From Xylographa opegraphella (Eukaryota): a DNA stretch of 64,000 bases. Shown here one piece after another: positions 1-12,200 of the stretch. Made by a program: the position numbers and the translations under genes. Position 1 is the first letter of the stretch. Each line of letters opens with the position of its first letter. The notes beneath the pieces were generated by a model. The model saw only the letters and a program-made list of their open reading frames with translations, did no database searches and was not told where the DNA came from. Where the stretch lies: positions 62,001-126,000 of the forward strand of contig JALDZX010000044.1 in the NCBI GenBank assembly GCA_022813865.1, given 5' to 3'.

Positions 1-1281
1 GGATCAGTATAACGCATTGTCCCAAACGGCCAAGAAGTGGCGGGAGGGATAAATCCAGTCGTTGGATCATCATGAGAACCATATATGGACGAAAACGTAG
101 TGCATTCAAAATTTTCAAAATCATATTTATTTTGATATGCGACCGGGTTCGAAACTTGAGCACTGTTCGCCAAGGATAAAGATCGTATACTAGTATCACC
201 TGCAGCGACAATGAGCGAGTTATTTAGGTCATTGTCGTCACGATTAGGCGTATTTGCACTAGAGCTCGTTGTAGAATCTCGGTATCGACCTCTTTTCAGG
301 TGAGGCTGGGGTTCGTGCCGCAGTTCTTGTGTAGTGATGGATAGTGGTCTTTTCCTCCGAGGGGCTACCACACCCCTGGTTTTCCGACAATCATGCTGGA
401 AAGGCTGACCCAGGTTCAAGGAGTTCAGGCCGCCGTGAGCTGATAGCAAAAGTTAGTATAACAGTGACACCAAAGGTACTGACAGGTACAAACACTCATT
501 GTTTGTGGAGGAGAGTTCGATGATACGCGGGCCGTCGCTACAACCATTATCGTAAGCTAGTCCATGATCCCGGACCAGGTGTTCGTTGAGACAGAATGTC
601 GAGCTAAATAGCAGTGTCCCGCCTACATGACAGCATTTCTCCGGGCAAGGATAACCTGGATTGTACAACTCGAGGGAGTGCTGCCCACGGAGATGTTGCG
701 ATATGTGATCCTTTCGCCCAGACTTGTGCGATTTCTCTTCCAATTTGCAACATCCACAATACCATGATCCTTTTTCTGGAGAATGATGGCAATTTTGATG
801 TCTCTCTAAATCGTACTTGCGCTTGTAGCTCCTGGTATTTGCACAGCTTGGATGGTCGCAATAGAAAAGTGGCGCAAGCTTTGTGGTATCGGGTTTCTTG
901 CCCGAAGAGTTCGCCGATTGAACGTTCGAAACGGGAGACAATTGCGGAGGCTCGTTATCTGCAGTATGCTTCTACGACGTTAGCAACAGCTTCACGACGA
1001 TAAGCAGGAAATCCTACCTCTTCGAGACTCCAATGACTGCTTGATCGAGAAGATAGCAAGGATCCCTCGGAACAAACTGGCGGCCACGCCGTATCACTGT
1101 CTGGATTTTTGGACACGAGGGTGATACCGAAAGGTTCATCCCGAGGAAGCGAATCAGTATAGCTACGGTGATCATCGGTGAACCAGAGCGTTCTGTGGTT
1201 TGGAAAAGTCTTCTCATACTCCGCTATTCTCCAATCTAGAGGGACGTTGAAGGCGGTACTGGATTCAGCAAAGCTACCCAT
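1..1281 (-). CDS. C2H2 zinc-finger protein, 3' end runs off the window
   Basis: ATG 1281. Intron 1017-972 (GTAGGA..GCTAAC..TAG) joins ORF 955-1281 in frame to ORF 453-941, which carries C2H2-like fingers (CDHPSC..HQNCH, CGCC..HLRGQH, CPEKCC..HLVRDH). Intron 493-440 (GTTTGT..ACTAAC..CAG) leads to a frame open to position 1. Confidence 0.7.
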
Positions 1282-4011
1282 GTCTGTTCTCTGTGGTAGA
1301 AGGTTGTGCGTTCTTCCGTGTGGTGGTTCTCAAATTGCTGAAATCAATGGTTACTGGTCCGAAAGAGCCGTACTGTAAGGAAACAAAATAGAAGAATAGA
1401 ACGGCCTTGGATGCTCTCTTGGATGATCTGCTATCTCAATCCAATTCCCGTGTTCGAATTGAGATCTTCTGTTAAAACAGCGCTGGGTCTTTCTTGGATA
1501 ACAGGAAAAAGGACGTGGAACGCTTTTGTACAACGGGACAGCTACCAGGCAGCAACAAGGCTCGAGCCCTTTCAAAAGTCTCTAATGAAACGTAATGCCT
1601 ATGAATTGAACAGATAGAACATTACAACAGAGCCCAGACAACAAGAGATGAAAACCCCCGATCACACAGCTGACCATCGTAAAAGGGCGTAAAGAGCCCG
1701 TAACATAGCCCAGCATGGCTCGGCATCCACACCTACACAGCAGTAGCACTGCGGCTACGCAGGTCATCAGGGATACGCCCATAGTCAACAAATCTCATCC
1801 AATCACAAACGCAACCATCACACCAAAATCGCTCATCTCAGCCTTCGCGCCTCCAGATCACGACCTACGCTCATTGGGGGCCAATTCTCGGCAGCTTGCC
1901 CTCCTCGCCCTAATTGCCTTTTTTGCCCTTTCCTCACTTTGGCGCCGGTGATCCTAACTAAGGTCTTCCCCCCACCCAAAACGCCATCTCGCCGAAACTG
2001 GCCCCTTCTAAGGATTTAAGACCCCAATCGTTCTACTCAACGGAGTTCCAGGCTAGTCCCGCGAGACTCGTGGGAAGGTCGTGTTCGGGAAACCGCCTCG
2101 AGGAGGCGTTGTCGTGTGATCGCACAGCCGCACTCGATGATCCCTATAGAGAGGAAATAGCACAGACTTGTTTGAGGCGTCCCTTCTCCGAGAATTGGGG
2201 ATCAAGTGACGTTGGTGATGAAGAGAGATCTGACGCTGTAGGAGGTCGATGTCAGCTTAAAGGTAAGATAGATAAACTTCGATGGGCGCCAAGCAATCCC
2301 CGGCGCTCCGCTGTTCGCGACTGGCGGGCCCGCACGCGAGCTTTTAGCAGCCGAGGCCGTCAAAGGGCAAACTCGTCACTCTTGACCCTAACTCAGTAGT
2401 GGCCTGCACATCAAACCCCAAAGCAGACATGTATCTCCCGAATCCGGTCTGACCCTACCTAATGTAAATAACGTTAGAACCTTTTAGTATCTTGGCATTT
2501 ACTGCGCGGTACAACCAGGTGATCCAGCGTAAGGCGGCCTCTCGCTCAATATGCAGCGTTGTGGAGTGCCAAGGCCGCGGAGAAGCTAAACCGAAAGAGG
2601 GAATATTGTACTGATCGGAGCGGATCATTGCGCGTCACTAGCGGCCGAAGTTGAATTTGGACCCCCCTCATCCTTGGAGCAGCTACGCTGCAATCAACGC
2701 TGCAACTGTATTACATTTTACCTATCTATACAACAACAATAACTCTACCAACACCCCAAAACCAAAACCCCAAGCCTAATTATAAAATTGAAAAAGTCCT
2801 ATACTCGACGAAATACAAAGTACCTTATATTCATAGTCTATCGTACTTCGAAAAGCAATAGCAAGGAGTTGACACTGTGTATACACGCCAAGACACTAAC
2901 ATGTACTAACACTGTGAAACCCTGCAACCACAATACCTAAGGTACCTTATCCATCATCATCTCACTCTCCCTATCTCAACACCAGGATCAAACACCCGCA
3001 CAGCCGCCCTCATCACCAATCCGCTTCCACAACCCATCCTCCCCACCCTCACCAACCCCCCAATCGCTTAACCACCGGCCCCTGTACCGTCATCCGCCCT
3101 TTCCTCCCCGCCCCTCCCCTGCTCCCCCTCCACGCCCTTTCCCCTCATCGATAACAAAACCGGTAAGGGCGACGAACAACCACAAAACGACCCAGGACAT
3201 AACTCACGTACTCCATACCAACCAACAGCAAACCCATTTCACGCAACGAAAATTCCCCATATACTGTTTTAGTTTTTCTTTTTTGCGCGCGCGACTTGAC
3301 TAGACTAGACTAGGACTCTGGACTGGGAAGTCCGCAAAGGAGGGAAGCGAACAGCAAAGAGCGAGGGAGAGAGAGAGTCATAGATACACAAAGCCCGAGC
3401 CACGAGGCATTGCCCCCGCCCGAGTAGCTCCACCGGCGTTCCGTAGAGAAAAAGGTCGGCCAACGCTGTTCCCGACCACCCTTGCCCTTTCCCTCCTGCC
3501 CCACCCCCACCCCCTCTCCCATCCAAAGTTGCAAATATAACCCCAAACCGACCCCTCTACCCCCTTCCCCCCTTCTCGTAGGAAGCTCTAATAAGCACGG
3601 GGTATCGAATGAAGAATGAATGAAAGTCCAGAAATCAGATGATCGATCTTAGTCTCAAAAAAAAAGGGCACAAAAAACGCCGTCGCTGTGCAAAAGCAAC
3701 CACGTCCGATTTGTATACTGGGCGTCCCGGGTGTTGCATCCATCTAGCCGCAAGCTGCGTGGTTGATCAAGGATATGGAAAGAGAAGATATGAGTACAGA
3801 AGCTGGGGAAAATGCAGTGGTTCGTGAATCGTCAATGGTGGAGATGGGAGTTGGATGGTCTAAACATGTGTAAAATAGACGCGGGTGTCGGGTGAGGCGC
3901 TCTCTTTTGTTGATGGTTGTAAAGGACTTGGATTTCGAGCGTTCCGCCAAAAAAAATATCAATAGCAAATGTGAGGTAACAATGTTCGAAAAGTCTCGCG
4001 TGGAACAATTT

Positions 4012-7000
4012 TTAGAAGTACTCTGGTAGACTCTCGTACGGACTGGGCACGTGAATGACAGGCTCGTACGGAATCTTCGGGCTTTTCGTGTTGTTCCTGC
4101 CACGACTAGTGCTCCTCATGCGATCCGTGATTCCCTTGAGTTTGTTCCCAAAGTGGTCGATGCTTCGGCCTCGGCGATGACTGTGCATAGCTGACGTGTC
4201 CATCGACACCGAGGACGGCACAGGTGGCGAGCCGATTCGTGGAGACTTCGAAACCTCCGGAGCCATCGTGTTGACGACATCGATGATCGGAGTTCCGTGA
4301 CGTGAGATGTCGTCCATCACGATGTTGATGGTCCCGACGCCACTGCCGCTGCTTATGGAATTTGTGTGCTCATCGTTGCGGAAGCTGGGATGAGGCGGCG
4401 GAGGTGGAGGTGGTGGGGGCAGTGGATACGCCAAGTGTTGCAGTTCTGGAAGGATAGGCGGGTACTGCGATTGATCGGGTACCACGATGATGTTGTCCAT
4501 ATCTGCTTCGTGAAGGGTGGCATCAATGCTAGCAATGGCCGCTTGCCCTTGCTGAGCATCGAAAGATGGTGGACGTCGCTGCTTGCCGATGTCACCGAGA
4601 GGAGAGAAATTCGGACGCTTGGTGCTTGGTCGGAGGCCTTGGTGGAAGGCAGGATGTCGCGGCATATCGGAAGGTAATGAGACATCTGCGTCCGGTACGG
4701 GAGCAGACATCGACCGAGGTAGGTCCCGCGCAGCTTGATAGAAGCTATCAGGAAGTTCGGGCACGGACGGAATATCCTCGTCCCTCGACCCGTATCTCGG
4801 ATGTCGCATTGCACGGGGAGTGGACGGAAGTCCGTAACTTGGCCCTGTACTGGCGCAACGACTTTCGGGATTCAGGTCGTGTCCGATGAAGGCGTCACCG
4901 TGTTGCGGCATGGGCGGAGTCACACGAGTCCAATTGTTCGAGGTAGGGCTGTTGCTAAGGTCCGTCTGAGATCTTGCCGCAATTGTTGGCCGATTACCGT
5001 TGAATGCGAGAGACGATGGATACGGAATCGGAGGTACCATGTCACGCTGCATCAACGACTCTCGTCGAGCTTCGAGTTCTCGTGCTGCCATTTCTTTCTT
5101 AAGGGTACGCTGAGACTTTGTTCGCCGTAAGCCTGGTGCGTTGCTGTCGGAAGACAGCTTCTCGCCATCGGAAGTCTTTTGATCCGTGAACGCCTCAGAT
5201 GTCAGGCTCTGGTATGCTGCTCTTTGCTCAGGCGTACGCCGGCGATCCGGTGACATGTCTCGGCGTAAAGAAGTTCCTCTTTCCCGAGGACGTCGACTGG
5301 TACTCCGTTGCGTAGATCGAAGTCGTTGTTGATTGGCTTCCACTAAACGAAGGGGGTTGTCGTCGTCGCTTGGCTGATAGGGCTTGACTTGTGGCGACAT
5401 CGGTAACGGAGAGGAAGGAGAACGTAACGAAGACCCGCCATGCTTTGATTGACTCCGGCCGCGGCCACTGGAACCCAGCATGCCATCAGGGCTAGGCATT
5501 CGGCTACTCATCTTTGATGGGAGCTCGCTACCTTGACTGTCCAATACTCCGTATGGAGAAAGTCGACGTACTGTGCTTTGAGAGTATCCGGAAGCCTTTG
5601 ACTGCGACCGGATCTTGGAGACGGGCTTGCGTCGATTGCTGTGAGGTCTGGCACTCAATGGTGGCGCGTCCGGAGACGAGTCGCGCGACAGCGACAGCGT
5701 GGAACCAATGCTTTGACTATTTGCATCGCGGTACCGTTGAAGGTCTTCCGGAGACATTGGAACTGGCGAGGATGGTGATCTCTTCGCGGGTCTAATGTAC
5801 TTCACTCCCGACCGTCCACGATCTTCCGATGCTTCACGATGCCTTCCTTTACTTCTCGATTTATGCTCGACGTTGCCACGAGCGTCGGTCCGGCCTTCAC
5901 GACTCCGGTGGTGCCGGCGGGGCTCTTTGTGCTTGTGCGAGTAAAATTGAGCTTCTTCAAGGCTGCTGATGTACTGATCTACACTGCGTCCAGAGACACT
6001 CGGGCTCTTCATCGAGGATGTCCAACTCTGACCAGTGACTGGAGGACTTCTGGTATCGCTTCGTACATCGAGTTGGCTGCTGGAAAGACTTCCATTGGAA
6101 TGTAAGGACGACCAAGTATTGGATCTACGATGATCCAATCTGGCCGAATCTTCGGTCGATGAAGTGGCGATGGCGTTCAGGTTCACTTGATTCAGCGATG
6201 GCATGTGAATATGGAGACCGTCAGGCTTCCTATCTCTTGAACCGTTTCGTGTTCGAGACCTTTCTTGCATCGCCGCGAATCGATCAACCGCTGGAGGTGC
6301 CATGTTCGTTCTGATGGCTGTGTTCGGGAGCGCTGTCTGTGGGGTATGCTGCGGTGTCACATCTCCAGCTAACGGGTCATATCTGTCCGAGCTCAAGGTC
6401 AGTGGTGCTTCCTCAATCGTGTTCGGTAGTAGATTGGCCTCTTGAGCGATGATGTTAGAATGGGTGTCCCGTTCTTTGTCGGAGCCAGAGTCATTGGGAG
6501 TGGGTAGAGAGTTTACCCTGCTCCCTGGCCTGCTGATCGGGAAACGGGGTGGTATCACATCGATCGGTGTTTCGCCAATAGAAGGCAGACGATGTCTACC
6601 ATATCCTCCGGGAGTTTTCGGTCCATTATTGCGCGAACGTAGCTGCGGTCGAAGATAGGTACTTGGGGTACCACCTGGAGATAACGCTGATTCAGCAATG
6701 GGCGTGACACCCGGAGCGTTTGTCGGAGTACGGTCGTCCGATTTGAGACCAGGGAACTTGTATTGGGCCACGTCTCCCCCGAAAGAGGTTATGAGCTTCA
6801 ATGAAGAGTTCTTTGTCGTCATCCGAGACGTGCCCGACTGTTTGGCTGCTTGAGGAGGGGGAGATGTCGGCGGACTGATGATCTGTGGCATGCTTGGAGG
6901 TGGTTGCATTCCGGTGAAAGGCGACTGGTTCGGAGAAGCCCAGGCCACGGAAGTGTCAACACCTGTACAAGAGAAGCACCTGATAGCGAGATGTTGTTGA

Positions 7001-9229
7001 GAGTTCTCAACCACATACTCCCCCCACCTTCTCACCAGATGTGCTTGCCTTTGCCACTCGTCCGGGAAGAGTAAGCACGTGAGCAGAATGCCCTCCATAT
7101 AGTAGCTTCGAGACACGTAGATCTCGACCGCATCTTCGCGGTCTCCCATCCCCAACAATATTGTGGCTGCAGTGTGAATGTCGCCTTGCTGCAGCAGTCT
7201 CTGGACCATGCTGTGTCCCAACTGCTTGGCTGCGGACCCTTGGCCGTTCATTTGACTCAAGGCAAGCAGCATCCAATCAGTCGAGCTGAGTGGAGTCTCG
7301 CCCATCACCGCAGACATGGAATCGACCTGGACTTCACCGAGCCACTTCGAGAGAAGGGTAGCGTTCATTGAGCCGACAGGGTGATTGCTTAGTTCATCGC
7401 GAATCATCGGCTCGATGTCATCTTCCCATCCAAACACAATCTCAAGCATCTGCCGTCGTAACTCATCCGGCGAAGCCTTCGATTGATCGAGTGCTTGCGG
7501 TGGTTGAGGAGAGTACGGAAGGCTAGCTAGGCGTGATCGGGTATACGGGAAAAGATCAAGGATTTGAGTTTCCGGACTGAGAAGCACCTCCTGCCGCAGC
7601 CGCGAACCTTTCGAACGACGTCCCGAGGACGCGATGGATGTGGTGCGACCGAAGTATGTCGACCCAATTCCTGAGAAGCTATCTCTTCCAACCATAGAAG
7701 GTGAGAAGGTTGAGAAGGTCGTCCCACTGGCCGCGCGAGACGATACCGAGGGAGCATTCCTTTGTCGATGTCCGGCCGAAGATCGCGAACTAATGGATTC
7801 CGTCCGACTGGTGGTTGACATGGGGCTTGCCATATCGGCTCGCAGCTGCCGCGCATGCTCGACCGCTTGCATTTCCGATGCAGCCTGCTTGATCGTCGAC
7901 AGATTCGCCTGATTATAAGATGGCTGTTGACCGGCATAGAGTGGGATCGGAGGTGCCGCGCCGGGAATTCCGTGTTGATTGATCTTCGGGGTTGTCTGAG
8001 CTGACGGGATCTGCCTGGTCGGTGTGAAGGCGGGATCATATCGAACGTTCTTCGTCAGAACCGGAGGATTCAGGTCGTATTGCTGTACCGAATGATCCGG
8101 TCCGAGCGTGAAGAGGGTCGCCGTGGGACCATAGTTCGCCAGTGCAGTCACTCCCTCAATCGTGGGTACAGGTTCGTAATTGACATGTTTGGTCCTCACA
8201 TCCCAGGACCATGTCTCGCTAACACGGTGATCAGAACGGGTAAGTAGTAATGGCGGTGTGCCAGGCGGCATCACTTACCCTTGAGAAAACTGCAAGATTC
8301 GCCCATTCTTGGACCATGCGATCCAATTGAGACCTGATTCCACATTGTCCCCCCTTTTCAGTACGCGGATGACTTTGGGTTGGTCGACGACCGGGGGTTT
8401 TGCAATACTCCAGACTCGAAGATCGCCGTCGGCACTCTGGACAGCCAGCATGTCCGACTTCTGCTTCGTGGACGAGGCGTGCCATGCGAGGCCCACGATT
8501 GCCGAAGGCAAGCGAGAAGTTGACAAGGTGTGCAGGATGGTGAAGGTGGGTAGCAGAGTTACGATCAAGATGGATCCATTCTGATATCTGGAAGCCAGTC
8601 AGTGCAACGTTCAGCGCGATTGCAATTCCTCGTAGCGCTCACCCAATCGCATATGTCTGGCAGTCCGAAGCCGGAGCCAAAGCGGTAATGGGATCGAATA
8701 TCGTTCGCGCAGACTTGTGCTCGGAGGTTGAGGGCTCGAACAAGATGACGTTTCCCTGGGAATTTCCTACTCCATCGTCAACATGCACACCTTAGCGACC
8801 AAACGACTTCCATGCTCCCGTACCGAATGCCACATTCCCGTCCTTCATCCACGCCGCGACTTTCAGAGGCTCGTACGATGCGAAGCGGGCAATCTCATCT
8901 CCCGTGAATAAATCCCACACAATAGCCGTCTGGCCTTCATCGTAGCTGACCACCAAGCGGCCGGAGCCTCGTTCGCTCACATTGTCCACCGACAGCAACA
9001 CCACCGGCTCCTTGTGCCTTTCGAATTTGCGCTCGACGGCGAGAGAGTCGTGGTGCAGGCAGAGGATGCGGTTGCCTTGAGCGAAGAGGAAGATGGAAGC
9101 GGTGGCGGCGCAGGGTTGGAAGGCGACGTCGACGGGATCGCTCTGATGATCGGCCGCAGCAGCGGAGCGGACTGCGGGACGAGTGCCCGAGGAGGAGGAG
9201 CGCTGCCTCGCCAGCTGTCCGGCGGACAT
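4012..9229 (-). CDS. Large WD40-repeat protein (Gemin5-like N-terminal WD40 plus helical region) with long disordered Ser/Pro/Arg-rich C-terminus
   Basis: Exons 9229-8824, 8766-8643, 8587-8279, 8218-4012 with GT..AG introns. WD-like segments (AIVWDLFTG, LRVWSI, SWDVRT), a helical segment (GDREDAVEIYV..LAIRCFSCTG), and a terminal exon of about 1400 codons. Confidence 0.85.
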
Positions 9230-12200
9230 GGCGACCGGCCCTCGATCCGACACGGTCTAATATCAAATCGTCGAATTAGCTTGGCGTGCAAAGCATGCGG
9301 ACCCAGCAGCTTCAGATGACGCGGAGGACAGCCGGATCGCATTGCATCGAGAGACGCGCAGGAGGGTCGGCCATGTATGTTGAGAACGTAAGGGAAGGCG
9401 AAGGCAAAGTTGAAGTTTCATGTCTCTTGGGGGGTGGTGGAGGAAAGGGAGATGACATACCGGTTGGGTGAAGCGGTGCGCGGTGCACGGGATCGGAAGC
9501 CCAAGCTTTTGACGCCTCTCCTGCCTCGCCCGAACGCTGCAGACCCTGAAATCGACGCACCAGTTCCTAAATGGGGAACGGTAACGTCCAGGGACCTGCA
9601 GCTCTGCACTCCGCCGCACTCGAGTCTCTCTCTCCTTCTGGGACGGACGGCGGCTATCGCTGCTTCAGAGTATGCACGCAGGCGGCTGATGTTTTGGGGT
9701 TTGGGGGGAGGGGGGGGGTGGCAGATCAGAAAAACAATGGCTGAGGGCGAAGGTGGGCGGGCGGGAAAAAGAAAAGAACAATGACGAGGAAAAAGAGAGG
9801 AGAAAAGGATGGAGATGCGAGTGAATGGAGTAGTAGATTGGGAACGGGGCCCATGTATTCGCGCCCACGAATTTCAGCCATACAGGGTTTGGCGCTTCCC
9901 AGACGGTGGATGGGGCGTGGGTGAGGGGAGCGGTGCACGAGATGAGCGGTGGTGATGGGGGAGGATCTGCAGGCACGACGTCCCAACGGAGGCTGGGGGG
10001 TTTCTCTGGGGGAAGGGGGTCAGGATGTGACGGACGACTATGATTCGGAATCGAGAAGGGCAGAGTGATATGAGCTTTTCGATAGTCCGGATCCGAGTGA
10101 TATACCAACAGAGCGGGAGGCACCAATTGCAGGCTGACCAGGGCATGCTCCCTCCTGGCGTTGAGGGGACGGGGCTTACAAGCTACGCCGGCACACGCCC
10201 CGAGGGGATCTGGCGACGGGATATAGCTTGACTGCTAGAGAAGAGCTATGATTAGAAATATAATGGTGGATGTTATGTTAGGTGGACGAGGCATCTCGTT
10301 CTCCACGTTCCCTGCCCGCCATGCTTGGACCCCTCCAAGACCAGCCTTCCGTGGTAGGCGAGATTGCCGATGGTTTGGTTAAGGGGGGTTTGTGGGGTGG
10401 GGGGATGAACGGTTATACAACTACCGTGGAGCAGTTTCGTGTGGATGAGGAGGAGCCAGTTCCAGAGATTTGGCAGTATGAGGGAAATGCATTTTGATGG
10501 CCGGGGGGGGGGTGTGAATGGTGTGTCAGTGTGAGAAGAGAGAGAGAGAGCGAGGTGTGGTGTGGAGAGGAAGGAAAGGAGGCTAAGGTAAGCGTGGTGC
10601 AGGAACGAGGAAATGCCTTAGACAGGTGCGGAACACGCACGTCATTGGCCAGAGCGAGAGGCGCTAATGCAGCAGGTCTGCCCAATCACTTTGCTCGGCG
10701 CTCACAACGCTGATCCAGACAAAAGTCCCCCTCCATCACGGCGCCTACAGGCTCGGACACGAGAGAGCAGAGAGAAGGACGAGAAGGGACAGCCCATTCG
10801 ATGGCCACGGAAAGTCCTTCAGTAATCACGGAGCCAGGATTCGGAAGTGAAAGGTCCTATGTACTGACTTCTCCGCCGACGGCCTTGTCCAGCTCGCATG
10901 GCTCGGCGGTCCCGTGACAGGCCTGCATGCCCGTTGTGGACGTGTGATCCTTTCTCCTCGTCCCCGTCGCCAGTCTGGACTTATAAACCCAACTCCTTCC
11001 ACTCCGCTCCTATCGCAGCCCCCAGCTTCCACCACCATTGCTCTGCGCTCGGGTCATCACACGGTCACGTTACCCCGATGCGCACCGCAAAAACGCAGGC
11101 ACCCGCCTGCGCATCGCTCGCGCTGTATGGAGCAGCTGGATGCACGACAAAATCTCCGAATCGAGAGTTCTCTCACCAATGCGCGCCGTTGTGCCTGGCC
11201 GCAAAGCATAATCCGCAGCTCCTTCATCGAAACGTGGTGACTGGACTGAGTGCGGACCCGACGTCCTCTCCGCTGAGCTGGACCAAGTCGCGCCCTCTCT
11301 TGCTGCCGTCCCACGATACACCAACTTCTGCAGCCATGCAGCAGCGCCAGTGCTTGCAGTCGATGAGGTGTCTCCTGCCACCGCGACGGGCGCCAGTGAC
11401 CGGACAGGGTGTAGGGGTTTTGGCCTCCGCTTCCGCTGCCCGAATGCAAGCCATCTGCCAGACCGCCACCGTTGTTACTTCGTACCGGGCCGCCCAAAGT
11501 CAAAAGTGTGATAGCACCATCGAGGTCCGCGAGATCAATTCGCACCGCCAATCATCCAAAAGCCTGAATCAACCAATGATACTGAATGCGGGCGTTCGAA
11601 ATCACTGCCAAGGTCGCGACCTTATCGCCGTCGCTGACGATCAAATAATAATGTAATTAATTGATGCATTCCCCGGTCCCGGTTCAACTTCCGCTTGCCT
11701 TTCATCTGCGGCGGTCGCGTCCTTCCCGTCGCCCGCCCGCCGTCTGTGCTTCCCGTTGTTCACCTTTCGGCAGGGACGCATGAAATGCCTTTCCAGCTTC
11801 CCTCCGCGGCAGATCGTCCCTCCGGCGAGAAACGAACGCGCTAACATTCTGTCGCGCTTCCACTTTTGCCCGCCATCGGCCCGATGGTGGTTCGCTTATG
11901 TAGTTATACTCTCGGTTGAAGGTTGATGCGATCCTGCCTGAATTCATTTCCCAACTGCTCAGTAGCTTGATGCGCGCTGCCGTGGTTCCTCATGCTGTGG
12001 TGTTACGTGCAGAAGCAATGGCATTATTGGCGCTCATTCAACGGTGGGAGTCGAACGCACAGACGTGGCTCGCTCGGCTGGAAGACCATATTCAAATTGC
12101 AGTGGCACCCGCTGCAGGTATCGTGAAGACCCACGGTTGAACTCTACGAACCACTGGGGTAAGGCGATCGTCCAGTCGTTCGTCGGCTCATGGTTTCGCT

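Noticed and set aside
2383..2392. TGACCCTAAC as a possible telomerase RNA template
   Set aside because: Only an 8-nt match to the TTAGGG complement, and I could not identify a pseudoknot or CR4/5 (P6.1) element. A covariance-model search would be needed.
10168..10732. RNase MRP-like motifs GGGGCTTAC and AAAGTCCCC
   Set aside because: They are in the wrong order for the P4 helix and lack the flanking consensus.
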